64,000 nucleotides of DNA from Candidatus Micrarchaeota archaeon (GCA_037444485.1 JBBIMI010000002.1:9794-73793), one strand, 5' to 3'. Shown: positions 26,961 through 37,678, numbered from the stretch's first letter. The notes: a model not told the origin generated them from the sequence alone. Program-made: numbers and translations.

Positions 26961-29150
26961 TCAAGGCAACAAACGCTCGCCGCGCTCGCGCGTCTCGCGC
27001 TCGCCTTCAGTAAACGCTTCTTCTGCCTCGCGCTCGCGGCGAGACAAGAGGAAAATCGCTGAGGCGAGTAGAACGAGGGCGATTAACGCATATAACACCC
27101 ACGAGCTGCCAACCGCTTTTTCTTTTGGCCGTGCTAGAACGCGCACTTCACTTAAAGCGCCATCCGGAGAATCGAGGCGTAGCGAGATTGTCGAATTTTC
27201 AGGCAAGCCGCTGGGCACTACAACGCTTGCAGTAAACGTTTTTTGTTCTCCTGGCGCGAGGTCGAGCGCGCTCGGCTGCGAGAACAACGCGTAACCGGTT
27301 GCAGAGAGTTTCACGTTCTTTAAGCCGACTGTTCCGTTGTTGCGAACAGTCACTGAAACGAGAATCTCGCGCTTGTCGCCAGATTGAAAGTACTGCGCGT
27401 CTAACGCGCTTGCTTCAATGCTGCGTACTGGAACAAGCAAAAGCAGTGAAGCGTTTTGTTTGACGCTCTCGCCTTCCACGGCTGAAAACGCTGTGAATTC
27501 GAGTTCGTAAGGCTTGAGTTCAAGGTTTTGCGGAATGAAAAAGTCGGCTTGGTAAATCCCGTCTCCGTTTTCCGGAACGTCGCGCGAAGACGGTTGTATT
27601 GAGTACCACGATGACGGGATTCCTGATAGTGTAAGCGAAACAGCGTGGAACGGCGCGTTCTTGGAATTCTTTACTTTAATGAAGACTGTCGCAGGCATGC
27701 CTGGCGTAACGCGCAGTTCAGGAACAGAAATCGAGAAAAATGATTGTTCTGAACGATTGCTTGAAACAACGTTTATATTAAAATAGTGTGCTTGCTTTAT
27801 GCCGCGAGAGTCAGCAACGAGGACTTTAATGGTGTTCCTGCCTAAGGGTGTGCGTTCAAGCGAAGTGCTTGCAGTCAAGCGCACGAGCTTCTCCTCGCCG
27901 GGCGATAAGGTAAAGCTTTGGGGAAGCGCTTGCACGAGCATGGTTTCTGGAGGGAGTACCTCCAAATCAAACGAATTCGTTGTCGAACCGTTGTTGACTA
28001 CAGTGAATTCGATGGGCGTAACGATGCTGCGCACGACAGTGTACTCGTCGAGTTTCTTTACGAAAAAACTCGTCACCGCGTTTACAGTAAAACAAAATTG
28101 TTTCTGCATCACCGTAAAGTCCAAGTACTTCACAAGAAGGTTGAAGTAATAATCGTCTAACGCGACGTTTTTCTTCGGCTTGAAAAACAAGCGAAAATAT
28201 TGTTTGTCTCCAGGCGCGACTTCGATGAATTCAGACGATAACTTTACCGAGTCAAGCGCTTCAGAAACGCCTTCGAGCTCGAGTGAGAAGGGTCCTTCAA
28301 GTTCGCCGTTGTTTCGCAGCGCGAGTTCCCAAACGGTTTCATTCTCGTGCTGCGTTTGAATGCAATTAACAGGCTCGTTTTCGAGCTGCAAGTCGATTGT
28401 CGGCGCGAACACGAAGATTTGAGAGTAAAGCTGTAACGGATAACGGATTCCGCCAGCGCTCGCAGCACTTATTTGAAACAAGTGGTCGAAAACACCGCCC
28501 GGCGCGCCAGGCGGAATTCTAACGCGCGCAGTCACGCGCTTGGTTTCGAAAGGCGCGAGTTGAATAGTTGAAGTGCTGAACACCGTGTTTTGCGTGAAAA
28601 CGCCGACTGCCTTAAAGCTCGCGTAACCTTTCTCGTCAGCATTATTGAAAATGCTTATAGCGTACTCAATCGAATCGCCTGGACTCGCGCTTTGGTTTCC
28701 GCTTGGTTCAAGCGTTGCCGTGAATCTCGGTCCAGGACTCGGCGTTACTGGTTTTACTTCAAGCTGCAGGTAGCGTACGTCGCACGCGGTCGTCTGCGTT
28801 CCAAGCGCAACGTCTAAACGAATAGAGTAATTGCCTGGTGCGGCATTCGCAGTGTCTGCGATTAAGTTGAATACCTTAGTTTGAGTTGGATACAGGGTTT
28901 CAAAAGAAACAGGGTCAAAAAAACAAGTCAAGCCATCCACGCACTCGCCGCTGAGCTTGACTAGCTCGTCATTAATTCCAGTGTTCGTGACAGTAATCGG
29001 GTAAACCGCATTTACGCCTTTGAAAACAGAAGCGTTTTCAACAACACTAATGCTCAAAAAAGGGCAGTCTGCAGAGACTAGCGGCGTTAATGAAACAAAG
29101 AATGCGGCGAATGCGGCCGCGAGGGTTAAAGCAAAGCCTTGACTTGACAT
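26961..29150 (-). CDS. Cell-surface protein with tandem Ig-like (NEW3/CARDB-like) domains and C-terminal TM
   Basis: Signal peptide; about six repeats of V-x-N-x-G ... L-x-PGE; C-terminal TM plus basic residues. Confidence 0.8.
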   Translation of the reverse strand: MSSQGFALTLAAAFAAFFVSLTPLVSADCPFLSISVVENASVFKGVNAVYPITVTNTGINDELVKLSGECVDGLTCFFDPVSFETLYPTQTKVFNLIADTANAAPGNYSIRLDVALGTQTTACDVRYLQLEVKPVTPSPGPRFTATLEPSGNQSASPGDSIEYAISIFNNADEKGYASFKAVGVFTQNTVFSTSTIQLAPFETKRVTARVRIPPGAPGGVFDHLFQISAASAGGIRYPLQLYSQIFVFAPTIDLQLENEPVNCIQTQHENETVWELALRNNGELEGPFSLELEGVSEALDSVKLSSEFIEVAPGDKQYFRLFFKPKKNVALDDYYFNLLVKYLDFTVMQKQFCFTVNAVTSFFVKKLDEYTVVRSIVTPIEFTVVNNGSTTNSFDLEVLPPETMLVQALPQSFTLSPGEEKLVRLTASTSLERTPLGRNTIKVLVADSRGIKQAHYFNINVVSSNRSEQSFFSISVPELRVTPGMPATVFIKVKNSKNAPFHAVSLTLSGIPSSWYSIQPSSRDVPENGDGIYQADFFIPQNLELKPYELEFTAFSAVEGESVKQNASLLLLVPVRSIEASALDAQYFQSGDKREILVSVTVRNNGTVGLKNVKLSATGYALFSQPSALDLAPGEQKTFTASVVVPSGLPENSTISLRLDSPDGALSEVRVLARPKEKAVGSSWVLYALIALVLLASAIFLLSRREREAEEAFTEGERETRERGERLLP

Positions 29151-29736
29151 GAGTAAAGATATTGCGCTTCAGCTTTTAAAAAATGCGTTTTTTGAGTTGC
29201 GACTACGAGTTGAAAAAAATTTATGTTAAAAGTCTTGAATTCCAAACTGTTTTTTACGTTTTTCAATGATTACTTCAATCTCGTTTCGAGCGTTAGTGTT
29301 CAACCATCATTCGACTTCCCGCCCAGTCTTAACGTCTGAACGCAAACGAGAATTCAACACCTTCAAAGACCTAGATTCAGAGATCTAGAACAACTTTTTA
29401 AACAAACTTTATCCTCGAATGCGGGGGGGAAAACCGCGTGGAGGGAAAAACTGTTTTGAAGAGTTTCAGCTCTGACAAGCACTCTTTTTTCCAGCAATTC
29501 GCCCCGTAACGAAATCTAAACTAACTTAACTATCAGCTTTTTTTCTCTTGTTTTTCGGCTTGAACGCGTTTTGCTTAAATTGCTTCACTCCCGCCGACTT
29601 CGCCGCCCTTGACGTCGTACTTTTCAATGAAAGGTAAGAGGAGAACTTTCAAACCATTCAAACCGCTTTAATTTTTCTTGTTTCCTCGTTTTTTAGTTTC
29701 TTGTTTCCTCGTTTTTTTGTTGTTTTTGTTTGTTTT

Positions 29737-30144
29737 TTACTCTGTTTCCTCGGTTTCTTTTTCCTCAAGCGAAGCTGGCTCAGTTTCAGTCTCGGGAGCT
29801 TCCTCGCTTTCAGAGCTGGGAGCGCTCGCGCCGCTTGTCGCCTCGCCGACTTTCTCTGCTACTGCAAAGCGTTTCGCGACTTCCTTGACGCGTATCCTGC
29901 AGGAGTCTCCGCGCGTTGTTCCGGGAACGAATATGATGAATCCTTCGATGCGCGCGATTCCGTCGCCTTTAGCAGCGACGTCAGTAATCTGCACGTCGTA
30001 CTCTTCACCAACTTTCACCGGCGCTTGCCTGAAGCCGCCTCCACCGTACCCACCGCCGTAACTGCTTTCCCTTCGAAAGCCGCCGTGTTCGCGTCGTTCT
30101 CCAAATCCGCGGCCTCCACCGCCGCGTTCTCTTCCATACTTCAT
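29737..30144 (-). CDS. Single-TRAM-domain RNA-binding protein
   Basis: APVKVGEEYDVQI, KGDGIARIEGFIIFVPG; Gly/Arg-rich N-terminus, acidic tail. Confidence 0.93.
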   Translation of the reverse strand: MKYGRERGGGGRGFGERREHGGFRRESSYGGGYGGGGFRQAPVKVGEEYDVQITDVAAKGDGIARIEGFIIFVPGTTRGDSCRIRVKEVAKRFAVAEKVGEATSGASAPSSESEEAPETETEPASLEEKETEETE

Positions 30145-30421
30145 TTACTTGCACTCACCCTATACTTTATGCTTTAACGCACACGAAAAGCGGTTTTCCG
30201 CAGGCTGGAGAAAAAGAATTCAAAAAAACGCGTTTTGCAGCAGGATGGAAAGCAAGCTAATTAACTTGAAATTAAACGAAAAAAAGCTTTCTAGAAAAAG
30301 TCTTTCAGTTTTTCAGAAAAAACCTTTTCGCCCTTTTGCCTTCAACGCTTTAAACTTCTCTAGTCTTAGAAAACACACTCTCCATAGTCGTTAAACGCTA
30401 TAAAACTGCTGAAGCAAGTAT

Positions 30422-30769
30422 TTAAAACCCGTTGTTGTTAAAAAACACCCAAATTTTGTAAGTGCGCGCCAGCAAGAGTTTCTTGAAGAAAGGCAGCGTT
30501 AAAGGCATCAAAGTTGAAAGCATGAACGCGACTGCAGAAACCATGGCGTTAAAGCCAATCTGGACGTTTAACACTTGCAAGTAAAACCGACCGCCAAAGT
30601 AAGTGAAAACCAAGTAAGTGAAAAGCGCGAGTAGAAAGTGAAAAGCGCGAGTAAAAGCCTGCGCGCAAAACTTGTTTCCCAAGCTTTGTCCGCCTCTACG
30701 CGCTTGTTTCACGCTTCCAAGCGCGAATTCTTTCTTCCACTACGCGATTATTTCTTCCGCTTGCTTCAA
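30422..30769 (-). pseudogene. Possible degenerate membrane-protein (flippase-like) fragment
   Basis: Hydrophobic 96-aa ORF ending LSTLMPLT, in-frame TAG upstream, internal tandem duplications. Confidence 0.3.
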
Positions 30770-30825
30770 GTGGTTTTCACTCGTTTTACTCGCTTTGCTT
30801 GATGGAATTAATCGTTTCACGCCAA

Positions 30826-32556
30826 TCACATTTTTGCTGGGGTTTGAATACCGAGAAGGCGCAACCCGTTTTCAAAAACCACGCTCGCGGCTTCGAGTAT
30901 CGCGAGCCGTTTTGCTTGTTCTTCGCGCGTGGCCGCCTTGAGAACTGGGCTAGAGTCATAGAAAGAACTAAACAACGCGCTTTGCTTGAGTAGAAAATCG
31001 CAGACCACGTGCGGTTCGAGCGACTCGGCAACGCGGCGCACGACTAGAGGGAATTCAGCGATGCTGGCGAGCAAAGCGCGTTCCGCGCAATTGAATTCAA
31101 GTTGGTTCGATTCTTCGTGGTTCAAGTCTTTGGGCTTTGGCAACTGTAAACCTAATTCTTTTGCCTTACGCAAAATGCTTTTCGCGCGGACTAGTGAATA
31201 CTGCACGAAAGCGCTAGTGTCGCCTTCGAATGACGTCATTGCTTTGAAGTCGAACATTATTTCTTTCTCGGGTGAAACGCGTAAGACTGAAAACTTTACT
31301 GCTGAAACGCCTACGCTGCGCGCTATTTCCTCCGCATCCTGTTTCGAGTACTCTTGGCGTTTTTCGACTTCTTCACGAGCTGCTTCGACTGCTCGCGTCA
31401 ACACGTCTTCGAGTAGCACGACGCGGCCAGCGCGGGTGCTCATCTTGCCTTCGGGCAGGTTAACGAGTCCAAAGCCAACGTGCTTGAGTTTGTCCGCATA
31501 CGGGCGGTTCAAGAGTTTGAGTGTGAGGAAGAGTTGTTTGAAGTGCAGGTTTTGTTCGCTTGCAGTAAAGTAAACGCTTTCGTCGAACTCGCACTTCTCC
31601 CACTTGTAGTCTGCAAGCGCTAAATCAGTGGTGAAGTAAAGAGTAGTGCCGTTCGAACGAAGTAGAATCGTGTTCGGAAGTCCATGTTTTTCTAAGTCGA
31701 CGACAACAGCGCCTGTTTCAGGATCTTTGAAAGCGATTTTTTTCTTTAAGCACTCTTCAACGACTTCCTTCGCGTGCTTTACGAGCGTGCTTTCCCACAC
31801 GACGTCGTCGAACTTCACGCCAAGCAATTCGTAATTTTTTTCGAACGCGTTCCAACTGAGTTTCTTGATTTTATCTAGTTCTTTCACGAAGCTTTTCTCG
31901 CCCGCTGCTAGTGCGGCGAGAACATCCTGCGTTTCTCTCTTTAGTTTTTCATCTTCTTCAATCGCTTTTTTTATTTTCACATAGTAAGCGATGAGGTCTT
32001 TCTCGTCTTCAACTTTCGGCAAGTCCTTGAATTTCTTGAGCGCGACGAGTAGTTCAGCGACGTGCGAGCCGCAGTCGTTCATGTAATTCATTCGAAGAGT
32101 CTTGCAACCTTGAAAATCCAGTAGGCGCGCTGCGACGTCTCCGAGAATCGTTGAACGAATGTGACCCAAATGCATGGGCTTGCCTGGATTCGGCTGCGAA
32201 AACTCGATTACCTTCTTTTTGCCCTTCAAGAAATCGCTTGCGCCGTACTCTTTGCCTGCTTCAAGCGCTTGCTTGAGGGCCTTCTTGAAGAATTCGGGCG
32301 TGAAAAAAAAATTCACGTAACCGCCTGCTGGTGTTGGTTTGAAGAATAGGTTGCCTGCAGGGGTCTTCTCGCAAATGCGTTTCGCTTCATCGAACGGCTT
32401 TTGCTTTTTTTCGCGCGCGAGTTCGAATACTGGAAACGCCCGGTCGCCGAAGCTTGCGTTCGCAGGCCGCTCTAAAACGATTTCCTTTGATTCGAGTGCA
32501 GTCGCTTTCGCGAGCGCTTGCGAGATTTCTTTTTGAGCTTCTTCAACAACATACAT
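30826..32556 (-). CDS. argS: Arginyl-tRNA synthetase
   Basis: EFSQPNPGKPMHLGHIRS, KMSTRAG, FEGDT..VQY, terminal Met; ATG at 32556. Confidence 0.96.
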   Translation of the reverse strand: MYVVEEAQKEISQALAKATALESKEIVLERPANASFGDRAFPVFELAREKKQKPFDEAKRICEKTPAGNLFFKPTPAGGYVNFFFTPEFFKKALKQALEAGKEYGASDFLKGKKKVIEFSQPNPGKPMHLGHIRSTILGDVAARLLDFQGCKTLRMNYMNDCGSHVAELLVALKKFKDLPKVEDEKDLIAYYVKIKKAIEEDEKLKRETQDVLAALAAGEKSFVKELDKIKKLSWNAFEKNYELLGVKFDDVVWESTLVKHAKEVVEECLKKKIAFKDPETGAVVVDLEKHGLPNTILLRSNGTTLYFTTDLALADYKWEKCEFDESVYFTASEQNLHFKQLFLTLKLLNRPYADKLKHVGFGLVNLPEGKMSTRAGRVVLLEDVLTRAVEAAREEVEKRQEYSKQDAEEIARSVGVSAVKFSVLRVSPEKEIMFDFKAMTSFEGDTSAFVQYSLVRAKSILRKAKELGLQLPKPKDLNHEESNQLEFNCAERALLASIAEFPLVVRRVAESLEPHVVCDFLLKQSALFSSFYDSSPVLKAATREEQAKRLAILEAASVVFENGLRLLGIQTPAKM

Positions 32557-32634
32557 TTCAGTGTTCCTTAAACAGCTTAACGTTTTATTAAATAGTAGCT
32601 GCGTTCTTTTATATTCTTTTATAATAAAATTGGC

Positions 32635-34296
32635 TTGAAAGAAAGAGGCGGAATTGTTTTGCCGGAAGAAGCTTGCGGCGTGTTCGCGGTTTTGAAGCCG
32701 AAAGGCGAGAACGTAGTTCTGTTCGTGCAAAAAGGTTTGGAGGCGTTGCAGCACAGGGGCCAGGACAGTTCGGGAATGAGTGCCCTAAAGAAAAATGGTT
32801 TATTGACGCGCCGAGTTGCCGGACTCGTAAGCGGGCTTAACCATTATCTAGGCGAGTTGGAAAGCCACGCAATTATCGGGCACGTGCGCTATCCGACTAC
32901 GGGCAAGAGCCGGGTGGAAAACGCGCAGCCAATTCAATTCAAAGACTTCTCGCTGGCGTTCAACGGCAACATTTCCAACTACAACGCGCTCCGCGAAAAG
33001 CTTGAAGCGCAGGGCGTGAAGTTCAAAAGCGACGTCGACGTTGAAGTCATAGGACACCTTGTACAAAAGCAGTTGAATAAATTAAAAGTTCAAAGACGTG
33101 ACAAAAAGTTAAGCGAAAAAAAGAAAGAAGAGTTTTTCGAAAACGCGTTTGTAAAAGCATTGCGTGCTGCAATGAAAGAATTGAAGGGCTCTTACAGCAT
33201 TGTCGTGCTCTCGAAGAACGGCAGGCTTTTTGCAGTACGCGATCCGTTCGGCTATAAGCCGCTTTCGTACGCTAGGCACGTTAGCGAAAAAAAGAATAAA
33301 AAAAAGAACTACGGTTGGGTGGTTTCCTCAGAAACCTACGCGTTAGACGAAGTTGAAAAAAAACTTGGAATCAAGTTAAAGAAACGCGGTGAAGTAAAGC
33401 CCGGCACAATTATTTTCTTCACGACGAAAGGCAAAAAACAATTCAAGGGATTGACTTCAAAACACCTTGCGCACTGCGCTTTCGAATGGGTTTATTTCGC
33501 CCACCGCAATTCGAAACTGGCTGGCGTGAGCGTGAAAGACGCCAGGCGCAGGCTGGGTGCCTTGCTCAGTAAACTGCTTCAAAAAAAAGGAATTGAAGGC
33601 GATTTGGTGGTGCCTGTTCCAAATTCAGGCATTCAAGCAGCACACGGCATCGCAGCTGGATTGAATATTCCGCTTGTTCACGCGATAAGGAAAACAGGGA
33701 AAGTCGGAGAAATGCGCACATTCATCGCGCCAAGCCAAGAAGCAAGGGAAGCTTTGAGCCGCGAGAAGTATGAACTCGCCGATCCGGCTGCGGTTAAAGA
33801 CAAGCGCGTGATTCTCGTAGACGACAGCATAGTGCGCGGAACCAGCATGCCCGTGCTCGTGCGAATGCTCAAGGAAGCAGGCGCCAAAGAAGTGCACATT
33901 ACTGCCAGCGCTCCGCAAATCGTCTCGCCCTGCTTCATGGGAATAAACTTTCCCACAAAAGAAGAACTCATTGCCTGGAAGAGGACACCTAAACAAGTGC
34001 TTAAGCAAATCAATGACGCGATAATTGCCGAAAAACTCGCTGGAAGAGTGGTGAAAGGAAGAAAACTGCCAAAAACTTTAAAACAAATTAGTAAAGATAA
34101 AGTTGAAGAATTAAGGAGAGAACTCGGCGCGGATTCGCTTACTTACACTAACATTACTGATTTAATCAAGGCAATCGGCTTACCGTGCAAACTATGCCTC
34201 GCGTGTTTTACTGGAATATACCCTGAAGAAAAACAAAGGCCTTTAAAAATTCTTGCCAAGCGCGAGAAAAGTCAAGAAAATAGCGAGCTGGTTTGA
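32635..34296 (+). CDS. purF: Amidophosphoribosyltransferase
   Basis: Propeptide then CG, LQHRGQ, GHVRYPT, CAFEWVYF, VDDSIVRG, PCFMGI, CLACFTG. Confidence 0.92.
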   Translation: MKERGGIVLPEEACGVFAVLKPKGENVVLFVQKGLEALQHRGQDSSGMSALKKNGLLTRRVAGLVSGLNHYLGELESHAIIGHVRYPTTGKSRVENAQPIQFKDFSLAFNGNISNYNALREKLEAQGVKFKSDVDVEVIGHLVQKQLNKLKVQRRDKKLSEKKKEEFFENAFVKALRAAMKELKGSYSIVVLSKNGRLFAVRDPFGYKPLSYARHVSEKKNKKKNYGWVVSSETYALDEVEKKLGIKLKKRGEVKPGTIIFFTTKGKKQFKGLTSKHLAHCAFEWVYFAHRNSKLAGVSVKDARRRLGALLSKLLQKKGIEGDLVVPVPNSGIQAAHGIAAGLNIPLVHAIRKTGKVGEMRTFIAPSQEAREALSREKYELADPAAVKDKRVILVDDSIVRGTSMPVLVRMLKEAGAKEVHITASAPQIVSPCFMGINFPTKEELIAWKRTPKQVLKQINDAIIAEKLAGRVVKGRKLPKTLKQISKDKVEELRRELGADSLTYTNITDLIKAIGLPCKLCLACFTGIYPEEKQRPLKILAKREKSQENSELV

Positions 34297-35103
34297 TTGA
34301 GGATTGTTTCGCTCTTGCTGCTCACTTCCTTCGCTGCCACGCAAGCGCTTGCGTTGCTCGCGGGCGCGAGCTTTATTGCGCAGGAAGTTTCCGTGGTGGA
34401 AAACCCGAGCGAGCCGGGAAACGCGTTGTTTTTCTTTGCTTACGTGGTTGCAGCTAGCGTCGCATTGTTGTTAGTCCTCCACTTTTATAAAGGCAGGAAG
34501 TTGTTCTTGTTCCTCGAATACCTTCTCGTGTTCGCGACAGTCCAGTTGTTCGCTTCGCTATACCTCAATAAATTGTTTTCACTCGCGCTCGGCATTATCG
34601 TGCTTTCAACGCGAATAATTTTTCCGAAAACCCGTTTTTTCTTGCTGCTTTACTCGACTGCGATCGTGGGCGCGTTGTTGGGCGCATCACTAGACTTGCT
34701 TCCAGCTGTCTTGCTTGCTGCTTTGCTCGCTGGTTACGACGTGGTAGCAGTTTTTTGGAGTAAACACATGATTACGCTTGCCAAGAGTCTCGAAAAACGC
34801 GGCGTTGCCTTCGCGTTACAGTTGAAGCGCGGAAAAGAGTCCGTGCAACTCGGCACTGGCGACGTTACGATTCCAGCGATGGTTGCAGTTTCTGGCTTGC
34901 GGCTGGCTGGACTGGTTGGAAAAGAAAGAGGCGTCGACGCGTTCCTGCCCGGCTTGTTCGCGTTTGCCGGCAGCCTTGCTGGACTCGCGTTAGTCGTACT
35001 CGTTCTCGAACGCAAGAAAGGCTACTGGCCTGCTCTTCCACCCATCGTGTTCGGCGCGCTCGCTGGACTCGCAGCTTACTGGCTGGCGGCCAATTGGTTT
35101 TAA
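34297..35103 (+). CDS. Presenilin-family GxGD intramembrane aspartyl protease
   Basis: YD, LGTGD and PALP motifs, multi-TM. Confidence 0.92.
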   Translation: MRIVSLLLLTSFAATQALALLAGASFIAQEVSVVENPSEPGNALFFFAYVVAASVALLLVLHFYKGRKLFLFLEYLLVFATVQLFASLYLNKLFSLALGIIVLSTRIIFPKTRFFLLLYSTAIVGALLGASLDLLPAVLLAALLAGYDVVAVFWSKHMITLAKSLEKRGVAFALQLKRGKESVQLGTGDVTIPAMVAVSGLRLAGLVGKERGVDAFLPGLFAFAGSLAGLALVVLVLERKKGYWPALPPIVFGALAGLAAYWLAANWF

Positions 35104-35139
35104 ATAATTGCGATAATTGCGCGAACTTTTTATTTCCGG

Positions 35140-35513
35140 TTGGTATGCTTTTTCAAAAAAAGTAAACGGCTTTATGGATTGTTAGTCCCGCAATATTCCA
35201 ATGAAGGGAAAGAAGTCGAATACCACGAGATTTGGGATGCGAAAGTAAGGAAAACAGCGAGAGAACCCACCGTACTCAAGACCGCCAAAACTCAGACCAC
35301 CAAAAGCCGTTGGGGTATCCACACGAAGAATTATGAAGAATTATTCGTAAGGAAATGATTCACGTCAGAGTGTATTACACCATATTGCACGAAGAAGCAA
35401 CTTAAAAATAATCGAATTTACTCTCGAGCACTACAACAACAAGCAGTAATGGCTTACGAAATCAGCAGAAACGGAAATCAGCAGAAACGTTATGGCGGAG
35501 CACAAAAAAATAA
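35140..35513 (+). pseudogene. Frameshifted remnant of an uncharacterised small protein
   Basis: Protein-like segments across frames: LLVP..YHEIWDAKVR..LF / EMIHVRVY / CTKKQL / IIEFTLEHY / QAVMAYEISRNVM; a 16-bp duplication breaks the frame near the end. Confidence 0.5.
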
Positions 35514-35578
35514 ATTCTTACAAAAATAAATTATTAAGATTACAAAAAATAAATTATTAAGACATCAAAAAAGTTGCA

Positions 35579-35772
35579 TTTAAATACTCGTTTCCTCAAA
35601 ATTTTTTTGCGTTGAAACTCATTCTTTCTTCGAGAATGGGGAGTTGACCCGGACGCTGGTTTCGGGTAGAGAACCATTAAAGCGTTTTCAGGCTTTAAAC
35701 TTTATAGCGCCTACGGTTCGTGCAGGTTCAGTTGTTGGCGCTCGATTCAGAATTAAGAAAAAGGTTTTAGGA
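35579..35772 (+). promoter_or_regulatory. TATA box and structured ~160-nt 5' leader of the L30e-EF2 operon
   Basis: TTTAAATA at 35579; hairpins at 35618-35640, ~35651-35687 and 35706-35742. Confidence 0.45.
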
Positions 35773-36072
35773 TTGAATTTAAGCAAGTCGATTCGCCTCG
35801 CAGTTGATTCAGGTAAAGTCGAGCTAGGCGTGGACAAAGCGAAGAAAATAGCGTTGCGCGGCGAAGCAAAGTTGATAGTCGTAGCACGCAATTGTCCGAG
35901 CGAGAATGCTGCCGACTTGAGGCATTACTGTCGCCAAAGCGGTACGCCGCTCATCGAATTTCCAGGCACTTCCATCGAGCTCGGCACGGTGTGCGGAAAA
36001 CCGTTTTCAGTAAGCGCGTTAAGCGTTCTCGAGGAAGGCAACTCAGACATTCTGCAGGCGGTCAGAACGTGA
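35773..36072 (+). CDS. rpl30e: 50S ribosomal protein L30e
   Basis: AVDSGKVELG, AKLIVVARNCP, ELGTVCGKPF, GNSDIL; TTG start at 35773. Confidence 0.96.
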   Translation: MNLSKSIRLAVDSGKVELGVDKAKKIALRGEAKLIVVARNCPSENAADLRHYCRQSGTPLIEFPGTSIELGTVCGKPFSVSALSVLEEGNSDILQAVRT

Positions 36073-36081
36073 GAGCGTACG

Positions 36082-36501
36082 ATGTTCAAGATTACGAATG
36101 ACGAAATAGTTTTGGTGAACGCGCTTGAACAAATTACTGGAGCGCGGGCGAGCGACGTGGTGGTGACTGACACCAGCGTAACGTTTATCGTGCGGAAAGG
36201 CGATTTGGGGCGTGCGATAGGCAGAAGAGGCGAGAATTTAAGGAAACTCCGCAATGCAGTCTGCAAAAACGTTGAAATCGTCGAGGAAAGCGACGATTTG
36301 AAAAAGTTTTTGACGAACTTGTTTCACGGCATCGCGTTCGAACGCTACGAAGAAAAAGAAGTTGGCGGAAAGAAAAGCGTTTTCCTGCGCGTGAACGCAA
36401 GCCAAAAAGGAAAAGCCATTGGAAAAAAAGGTGACAAGATTAACACTTGCAGAAAGCTAGTCAAACGCCATTTCGGCGTTGACGAACTCAAAATATTTTG
36501 A
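36082..36501 (+). CDS. nusA: Archaeal NusA (two KH domains)
   Basis: GRAIGRRG and GKAIGKKG KH loops; operon context. Confidence 0.94.
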   Translation: MFKITNDEIVLVNALEQITGARASDVVVTDTSVTFIVRKGDLGRAIGRRGENLRKLRNAVCKNVEIVEESDDLKKFLTNLFHGIAFERYEEKEVGGKKSVFLRVNASQKGKAIGKKGDKINTCRKLVKRHFGVDELKIF

Positions 36502-36585
36502 TTGTTTTTGGATTGTTTTTTGATTTGATTTTTGATTTGATTTTTTGATTAATATTTTTGATTAATTGCAGTTATGAGGTGTTTC

Positions 36586-37017
36586 ATGGTGGCGAAAGGG
36601 GAATTCGCTGGAAGGATTTTGAGGCTCAAGCGAAAGAAAGCCCGCTGGCTGAAAAAACCTTGGAAGCGCAAGAAGCTGGGCTTAAAGAAAAAATTCGATC
36701 CACTCGAAGGAGCGCCGCAAGCCCGCGGCATCGTAATAAAGAAAAAAGGCGTGGAACAAAAACAACCCCACAGCGGCATCATCAAAACCGTAGTCGTCCA
36801 ACTCGTGAAGAATGGAAAAAAAGTCACCGCTCACGTGCCTCGCGACAAGGCGGTTGAAAAGATTGACGAGCACGATGAAGTCGTCATAGAAGGACTAGGC
36901 GGCTCACAACGCGGGCAAATGGGTTCGATTCCCGGAGTGCGTTACAAAGTCGTTGAAGTGAACGGCGTTGCCCTCGAGGAACTGCGTACAGGCAGGAAAG
37001 AAAAACCGAAACGTTGA
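36586..37017 (+). CDS. rps12: 30S ribosomal protein S12 (uS12)
   Basis: [26 protein letters not shown]. Confidence 0.97.
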   Translation: MVAKGEFAGRILRLKRKKARWLKKPWKRKKLGLKKKFDPLEGAPQARGIVIKKKGVEQKQPHSGIIKTVVVQLVKNGKKVTAHVPRDKAVEKIDEHDEVVIEGLGGSQRGQMGSIPGVRYKVVEVNGVALEELRTGRKEKPKR

Positions 37018-37072
37018 AAGTAAGAAACGCTGAAGTTAAAGTAAAACAAGAGAATGAAAAAGTGAACGAAAA

Positions 37073-37678
37073 ATGAGTGAAATAAAACTGTTCGGAGTAT
37101 ACGATTACGACGTTGAAGTATGCGACCCGGGCTTGAAGTCCTACATCTCACTAAACCCGTTGGAACTACCGCACTCGTTCGCGCGCTTTGCTAACAAGCC
37201 GTTCGCCAAATCACGCGCAAACATCGTAGAACGCCTGGCGAACAAATTAATGCGCGGCGGGACAGGCGAAAAACTAGGCGGAAAGATAATTCGCACGCAC
37301 GGCAAGCTTCAAGGCAAGAAAACCAAGGTGTTGAAGGTAATCAAACGCGCGTTCGAAATCGTTTCACGCAAAACCAAACAAAACCCGCTTCAATTGCTAG
37401 TGCGCGCCATCGAAAACACTGCGCCGCGCGAGGAAGTTACTCGCGTGCGTTTTGGAGGAATAAGCTATCAAGTTGCTGTCGACGTGAGCCCCTTGCGCCG
37501 CGTGGACCTCGCGCTGCGCAACATCGCGCTTGCAGCAATCATTGGTTCCTTTAACAAGAAAGCAAGGCTTGCGGACACGCTGGCGAACGAAATCGAACTC
37601 GCGGCAACAGGCAGCCAAGAGAGTTACGCAATCAAACGCAAGCAGGAAATAGAGCGCATGGCGAAAAGCGCGAGGTAA
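37073..37678 (+). CDS. rps7: 30S ribosomal protein S7 (uS7)
   Basis: IVERLANKLM, APREE, AVDVSPLRR, ERMAKSAR. Confidence 0.97.
   Translation: MSEIKLFGVYDYDVEVCDPGLKSYISLNPLELPHSFARFANKPFAKSRANIVERLANKLMRGGTGEKLGGKIIRTHGKLQGKKTKVLKVIKRAFEIVSRKTKQNPLQLLVRAIENTAPREEVTRVRFGGISYQVAVDVSPLRRVDLALRNIALAAIIGSFNKKARLADTLANEIELAATGSQESYAIKRKQEIERMAKSAR

Noticed and set aside
30735..30750. In-frame TAG as evidence of stop-codon recoding
   Set aside because: Isolated case in a degenerate ORF; conserved genes have no internal stops, and TAG terminates pop5 and rpo7
32557..32754. N-terminal extension of ArgRS overlapping purF
   Set aside because: It spans the divergent promoter region; ATG at 32556 gives a normal-length ArgRS
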